Under the pieces are notes generated by a model. That model worked only from the letters and a program-made list of their open reading frames with translations, searched no databases and had not been told where the DNA came from. DNA of 64,000 bases from Eledone cirrhosa. Lineage: Eukaryota. This document shows, one piece after another, positions 56,721 to 64,000 of this stretch (position 1 is the first letter of the stretch; each line of letters starts with the position of its first letter). A program made the translations under genes and the position numbers. The stretch covers positions 23,684,001 to 23,748,000 of the forward strand of contig OZ024753.1 in assembly GCA_964016885.1 (NCBI GenBank), written 5' to 3'.

Positions 56721-57772
56721 CTCCCTTGTCTAATGCCATGTGCGTTTTTCACCGCTAGTTGACTCCTCTGCCGCCAGGAAAAAACTCGTTGATAACGTAA
56801 ACCTCCGTTCCACTTGCTCTAGTAGGCTTTTATATTTATATGTGAGCTGATAGAGTACAGTCTAAGGATTTACAGAAACCCATGAAGCTAGATTTAACAT
56901 CTTTCTAGTGGGTCCGGGTATGATTTTACATTCATTTAAATTATTGACGTATTGTTTTATTGATATTTTTTATCTGTTTGGCCCGAATCTTCCTTTATCG
57001 ATTTTAAATCGTATGGTTGATTGTAGACTTGTTCTATATGTGACGGTATTTTAACGATAGTTATAGCTCTGATTCATCTGAATTATTGAGCCCTCTGCCG
57101 CTCATATCGAATTTCGTTTATCGTGAACTCGTGCGCCGATTTTTCGATACTCGATCTTTCTAATATATTTAGCTCTGGACATAGCTATCCACCAGTTAAT
57201 TTTATTGCTCATTTTTTGTCGATTCTATTGAGTGATGAATAGCTTTTGTTTTATTTTAACATGTCTATTGAGCACTCTAATTCGATATGTGTATTTCCAC
57301 ATTCACTCGAATTGTTTTCGCGGATTTAGGGGTCATCTCCCTTGTCTAATGCCATGTGCGTTTTTCACCGCTAGTTGACTCCTCTGCCGCCAGGAAAAAA
57401 CTCGTTGATAACGTAAACCTCCGTTCCACTTGCTCTAGTAGGCTTTTATATTTATATGTGAGCTGATAGAGTACAGTCTAAGGATTTACAGAAACCCATG
57501 AAGCTAGATTTAACACCTTTCTAGTGGGTCCGGGTATGATTTTACATTCATTTAAATTATTGACGTATTGTTTTATTGATATTTTTTATCTGTTTGGCCC
57601 GAATCTTCCTTTATCGATTTTAAATCGTATGGTTGATTGTAGACTTGTTCTATATGTGACGGTATTTTAACGATAGTTATAGCTCTGATTCATCTGAATT
57701 ATTGAGCCCTCTGCCGCTCATATCGAATTTCGTTTATCGTGAACTCGTGCGCCGATTTTTCGATACTCGATC

Positions 57773-57780
<8 letters not shown>
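56721..57780. repeat. ~617-bp unit in 1.7 tandem copies inserted in the PLE left arm
   Basis: CTCCCTTGTCTAATGCCATGTGCG at 56721 and 57338; copies nearly identical; absent from the right arm. Confidence 0.9.
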
Positions 57781-57829
<49 letters not shown>

Positions 57830-58105
57830 CACTTTAATACATGAATACACTTACATCTAACTATACACATCAAACATATATATATATTTACTTATTTATA
57901 TACATTTTCACATATATATACATACTTATGGTCGCTTTTAGACACAATCATTATCGCATTTTTGCACCTATTCTCATCAGCATATCTTTCCATTATTAGT
58001 GTAGTAATTTGAGGTTATTAATATACATATATATGTTGAGAAGAGATTGTTTTTATATTTTTCTAACTAGATTGAGGTTTATATAGTTGGGGGGATGTCC
58101 CTCTT

Positions 58106-59311
58106 TTATGTAATATTCGGCTTGTAGTGGGAAAAAAGGGTTTTAGTTCGGTGACGGCAGAATAATGTTCGTTCAATTCTGTTATTCAGCAATTTCTTCT
58201 TGTGTGTGATTATGTAATAAATCTCAAGATTACACAATTTGCAGAAATTTTGGCTCCTGGAAAAGCTTTGGGTTTTAGCTAATTTCTCCCATTTTAGGGT
58301 AAACTTTTGATCGCTATCCCTGAGCGTCCAAGCTTGTTCTGCTAAAGTTGTTACATTTCTTTGGCTCTGGTGTTTTATTGAGTAAGAATGCCTATATAAT
58401 CGAGATTTAAACGATGTTGCCGTTGATCCCACGTAATACCACTCGTTGCCTCCGGATTTAATGGTACACATATAAATAATATTTTTTTCCAGGCAGTTAT
58501 TGCTGAGGGGGCAGTTGTCAGGATAGGTGCAGTTACAGTTGTGTACGGTGGGTTTTCTCTGGAGTAGTATTGCGGACGAACTTAGGTGTGGTTTATTTAT
58601 GTTCTGTAGTGTATTGTCTACTGTTTTTTTTGTGTTCTTTGTACTTAAGTTTTTAGTGTTTTCGTTTAACCTTCTAGTATTGATCTTTTTTATGTGTTGT
58701 TCAAGGTTTAACGCTGTAGAGTATGACAGTCTTATAGTGGTAGGGTTTAGGATTTTGTGGTATTTGTGTGATGTAGGAAAATGTCTCTTAATTATTTTAA
58801 AGAAGAGTACTGGTAAATTTGTACTAATGGAACTATTGTATTCGGGGTTATACCATAAGTACTCTTTGCATCGCTTTCTATTAGTTTTGTTTGTTGGTTT
58901 ACTGGTGTGCATACTATGGTAGTAAGTGTGGTTTGGTGTTGTGTTATTATATCTACCTATGTGGGATTTATTTTGGGTGTTTTGATTGTTCCCATCTATA
59001 TACTCTATTTTGTTGAGGTAGCCTGCTTTACTAAGGGCGTTATCGTAGTACTCGGCGTGTTCCTTAAATACTTGTATGTTAGAAGATAGACCCGAGATTC
59101 TAAGGGAAATATTTTTAGGGATAGATTTAATTATAGAGATGGGGTGGTTAGACCCAACATTTACGTATTTGAGATTTTCATTCAATTTATGAAACGGTTT
59201 AATCAGACCAGAGTTTAAATTGAGTGTGACATCCAGGAAGTTAACTACTTTAAGGTTGTATTCATATGTTATAGTTAGTCCTATTTCGAGTAGTAGTTTT
59301 CTTATGTCTTT
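58106..59311 (-). CDS. Penelope-like element ORF, C-terminal ~400 aa (RT end/thumb, Cys-rich linker, GIY-YIG endonuclease); 5' truncated
   Basis: VNFLDVTLNL, YVNVGSNHP..IIKSIP, ALSKAGY, WYNPEY, CNC..CPL..CL, NIIY...YYVGST..FKSR..H, CKLCNLE, LLNNR; uninterrupted frame; the predicted first 9 codons come from the inverted arm. Confidence 0.93.
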   Translation of the reverse strand, partial: KDIRKLLLEIGLTITYEYNLKVVNFLDVTLNLNSGLIKPFHKLNENLKYVNVGSNHPISIIKSIPKNISLRISGLSSNIQVFKEHAEYYDNALSKAGYLNKIEYIDGNNQNTQNKSHIGRYNNTTPNHTYYHSMHTSKPTNKTNRKRCKEYLWYNPEYNSSISTNLPVLFFKIIKRHFPTSHKYHKILNPTTIRLSYSTALNLEQHIKKINTRRLNENTKNLSTKNTKKTVDNTLQNINKPHLSSSAILLQRKPTVHNCNCTYPDNCPLSNNCLEKNIIYMCTIKSGGNEWYYVGSTATSFKSRLYRHSYSIKHQSQRNVTTLAEQAWTLRDSDQKFTLKWEKLAKTQSFSRSQNFCKLCNLEIYYIITHKKKLLNNRIERTLFCRHRTKTLFSHYKPNIT

Positions 59312-59610
59312 GCCGAATATTACATAAAAGAGGGACATCCCCCCAACTATATAAACCTCAATCTAGTTAGAAAAATATAAAAACAATCTCTTCTCAATAT
59401 ATATATGTATATTAATAACCTCAAATTACCACGCTAATAATGGAAAGATATGCTGATGAGAATAGGTGCAAAAATGCGATAATGAATGTGTCTAAAAGCG
59501 ACCATAAGTATGTATATATATGTGAAAATGTATATAAATAAGTAAATATATATATGTTTGATGTGTATAGTTAGATGTAAGTGTATTCATGTATTAAAGT
59601 GCTTATATAT

Positions 59611-59679
<69 letters not shown>

Positions 59680-60238
59680 GATATAGATATATATATATAT
59701 ATGTGTATATATACACATAGACTAGAGTATGTATGTATATATGTGTGTGTGTCTATACGTGTGTATATAAAGATAAGTTGATTATAAAAATGTATACACA
59801 TGAACGCGTATGTATGTACATGAATACATGTGTGTATATATATATGTATGCATGTGTATATGTATGTAAGTATGAACATGTTACTATGTGAATGTGAGTA
59901 TATGTATTTTGTAGAGGTGTGCAAATATGTTTGTGTGTGAATGCGTGGGTGAAAGGATACGTACACTTGAAAGAAAAATTTAAGTCTGAATGTTAATTAA
60001 GTGCAAACACAAAACCAACCACGCATATCTTTACTATCTCTAATCCTTCTTTAGATTTAGAAAAATAACCAATAATATATTCTATAAAAATGTCAAAACA
60101 ACAGATGGGAATCTAATTACTCACTGCCACCAAAAATTCTCACTGCTATCAAAAAACCACTCCCTCAACTATTCTTCTAACAATTTCACCCCTCCCTCCT
60201 AATATTCTCTATAAAAACCAAACAGGCCCTCAGTAATA

Positions 60239-60359
60239 TTATTCTGATGAAATGACAGTAAATAATAACATTGAAATATTGAATGTCTACATAACTAATA
60301 CTTTGTAGATAGCAGCTGTTTTCAGGTTATGTAACTGTTGTAGAAACACGTGTCAATAA
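60239..60359 (+). ncRNA. Type I hammerhead motif with extended helix II in the inverted PLE arm
   Basis: ttatt ctgatga aatgacagt ... actgttgta gaa acacgtgt c aataa. Confidence 0.65.
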
Positions 60360-60518
60360 ATTCCTTTCAACTAAACTGTATCCATTCAAATCTTTCTATT
60401 TTTCTCCGGATTACTTTTGGAACTAGAACTGGAACCGTCGAGCAAACTCTACGTGAGCTGTCAATCTACTGTGTGTAATATTTATATTACAACACAACGG
60501 AAAATACTGTATATATAT

Positions 60519-60596
<78 letters not shown>

Positions 60597-60600
<4 letters not shown>

Positions 60601-60797
60601 GGAAAAAATGAAACGAAATTTCATTTCCCACTCTTAGTACGGCTGTTACTTAAATATAAGTATGTACACGTACATACATATATGTATACAGACGTACAGT
60701 AGTATGTATATGTATATGCTCAGTGTGTTTGTAAACAAACATCCCGTATTAAGCCGTAGTGTCCAGCAACCATCGTTGCTCGTTTGTTCAACACTGA
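60597..60797 (+). mobile_element. Diverged fragment related to the 468-bp monomer
   Basis: Collinear matches GAAACGAAATT, CACT..T.GTA.G.CTG...CTTAAA, TAAGT, GTACAT.CATATATGTATAC.GA, TAGTATGTATATG, GTAAACA.ACA. Confidence 0.65.
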
Positions 60798-60821
60798 ATA
60801 TATATATATATATATATATAC

Positions 60822-60898
<77 letters not shown>

Positions 60899-60909
60899 TA
60901 TATACATAC

Positions 60910-60956
<47 letters not shown>

Positions 60957-60961
60957 TATAC

Positions 60962-61036
<75 letters not shown>

Positions 61037-61053
61037 TAAATATATATATATAC

Positions 61054-61107
<54 letters not shown>

Positions 61108-61131
61108 TTATATAGATATATATATATATAT

Positions 61132-61404
<273 letters not shown>

Positions 61405-61406
61405 CT

Positions 61407-61496
<90 letters not shown>

Positions 61497-61524
61497 CACA
61501 TATATATATATATACATATATATA

Positions 61525-62396
<872 letters not shown>

Positions 62397-62635
62397 TATA
62401 TATATATATATATTTCGTTTCTGAATTTGTTTAGCAAGATTCTTTATCTGAAATCGTGTGTTGAAACCGATATTGTTATACTTTGGGAGGGTCATGTTGC
62501 CAATAAGAAACACACGTCCCAGTTGCTTTCACTTCAATTTATTATATATTTATAAATTTATAAATTTACAAATCTACAAACTTATAAATTTCTGGTTGCT
62601 TGGTTGGTTCCACAACCAGATAGTTGTTTATATAT

Positions 62636-62680
62636 AGTCATAGTCCTTTCGTCACACACTCTGTGACATCTTCAGTGACT
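62636..62680 (-). ncRNA. Minimal type I hammerhead ribozyme, left arm
   Basis: AGTCA-CTGAAGA-T-GTCACA-GAGTG-TGTGAC-GAAA-GGAC-TA-TGACT. Confidence 0.8.
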
Positions 62681-62961
62681 GGGGATTCCTTTTTTTTGTT
62701 TCTGTGCCTTTCCTTTCTTCTGTCCTACGCCATTTTGTTTCTGTGTGTGTGTTGTGTGCTCAGTTTGCGCATGCGCCACATCCGGGTGTCTGTGTGTGTT
62801 TGTGTTCATTTATCTATTTGTTTATTTATTTATTTATTTATTGTTGGTTGGTTGTTTGTTCTATGTGGCGCATGCGCAAACTGAGCACACAACACACACA
62901 CAGAAACAAAATGGCGTAGGACAGAAGAAAGGAAAGGCACAGAAACAAAGAAGGAATCCCC

Positions 62962-63006
62962 AGTCACTGAAGAGGTCACAGAGTGTGTGACGAAAGGACT
63001 ATGACT
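62962..63006 (+). ncRNA. Minimal type I hammerhead ribozyme, right arm
   Basis: AGTCA-CTGAAGA-G-GTCACA-GAGTG-TGTGAC-GAAA-GGAC-TA-TGACT. Confidence 0.8.
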
Positions 63007-63174
63007 ATATATAAACAACTATCTGGTTGTGGAACCAACCAACCAACCAACCAGAAATTTATAAGTTTGTGGATTTGTAAATTTATAAATTTATAAATAT
63101 ATAATAAATTGAAGAGAAAGCAACTGGTGCGTGTGTTTCTTATTGACAACATGACCCTCGCAAAGTATAACAAT

Positions 63175-63299
<125 letters not shown>

Positions 63300-63302
63300 C
63301 AA

Positions 63303-63430
<128 letters not shown>

Positions 63431-63438
63431 GTATATAC

Positions 63439-63510
<72 letters not shown>

Positions 63511-63518
63511 GTATATAC

Positions 63519-63595
<77 letters not shown>

Positions 63596-63730
63596 TATAT
63601 ATATATACACACATATATATATATATACACACATATATATATATATACACACATATATATTTAAATATATACACACATATATATATACACACATATATAT
63701 ATATATACACACATATATATATATATATAT

Positions 63731-63779
<49 letters not shown>

Positions 63780-64000
63780 TATATACACACACATATATAT
63801 ATACACACACACATATATATATATACACACATATATATATATACACACATATATATATATACAGACATATATATATATATACACACATATATATATATAT
63901 ACACACATATATATATATACACACATATATATATATACACACATATATATATATACACACATATATATATATACACACATATATATATATACACATATAT

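Larger units (their letters stand above)
62472..63174. repeat. Inverted repeat, arms 62472-62781 and 62863-63174, ~80-bp spacer
   Basis: Mirror ORFs 62624(+) and 62830-63018(-); ends ATTGTTATACTTTG / CAAAGTATAACAAT. Confidence 0.95.

Noticed and set aside
57230-57278. SECIS or C/D-box-like stem GAGTG-ATGA...TGAG-CACTC
   Set aside because: Helix register does not give tandem G-A pairs with a proper upper helix; no canonical CUGA box D or apical AA
60244-60285. Short hammerhead parse CTGATGA-AATG..CATT-GAAA-TATT
   Set aside because: No valid UH site or helix I in that register; the long-helix-II parse fits better

Overview
Gene-free, repeat-saturated eukaryotic DNA. The SINE family, extreme (TA)n content and element spectrum suggest an octopus/cephalopod, which is an inference. 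Layout: a 24-bp pyrimidine-rich satellite (1-12.3 kb); a mosaic of tRNA-derived SINEs, R4/Dong-like and Tx1/L1-like LINE relics and a Tc1/mariner-type MITE (12.3-22.5 kb); a 40-bp satellite (22.5-44.2 kb); then a (TA)n-rich zone (44.9-64 kb). The (TA)n zone is the notable part. It contains a 5'-truncated Penelope-like element (RT thumb + GIY-YIG) and several unrelated non-coding units, most carrying type I hammerhead ribozyme motifs (17 motifs in 5 sequence families, read by eye). Most are inserted as fold-back inverted structures with the ribozymes pointing outward. The best candidate system is a 468-bp near-identical tandem array (~5.8 copies plus ~3.4 inverted copies) with one minimal hammerhead per monomer, i.e. 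a retrozyme-like circular-RNA element. No host protein-coding gene is supported; nearly all long ORFs are repeat artefacts.
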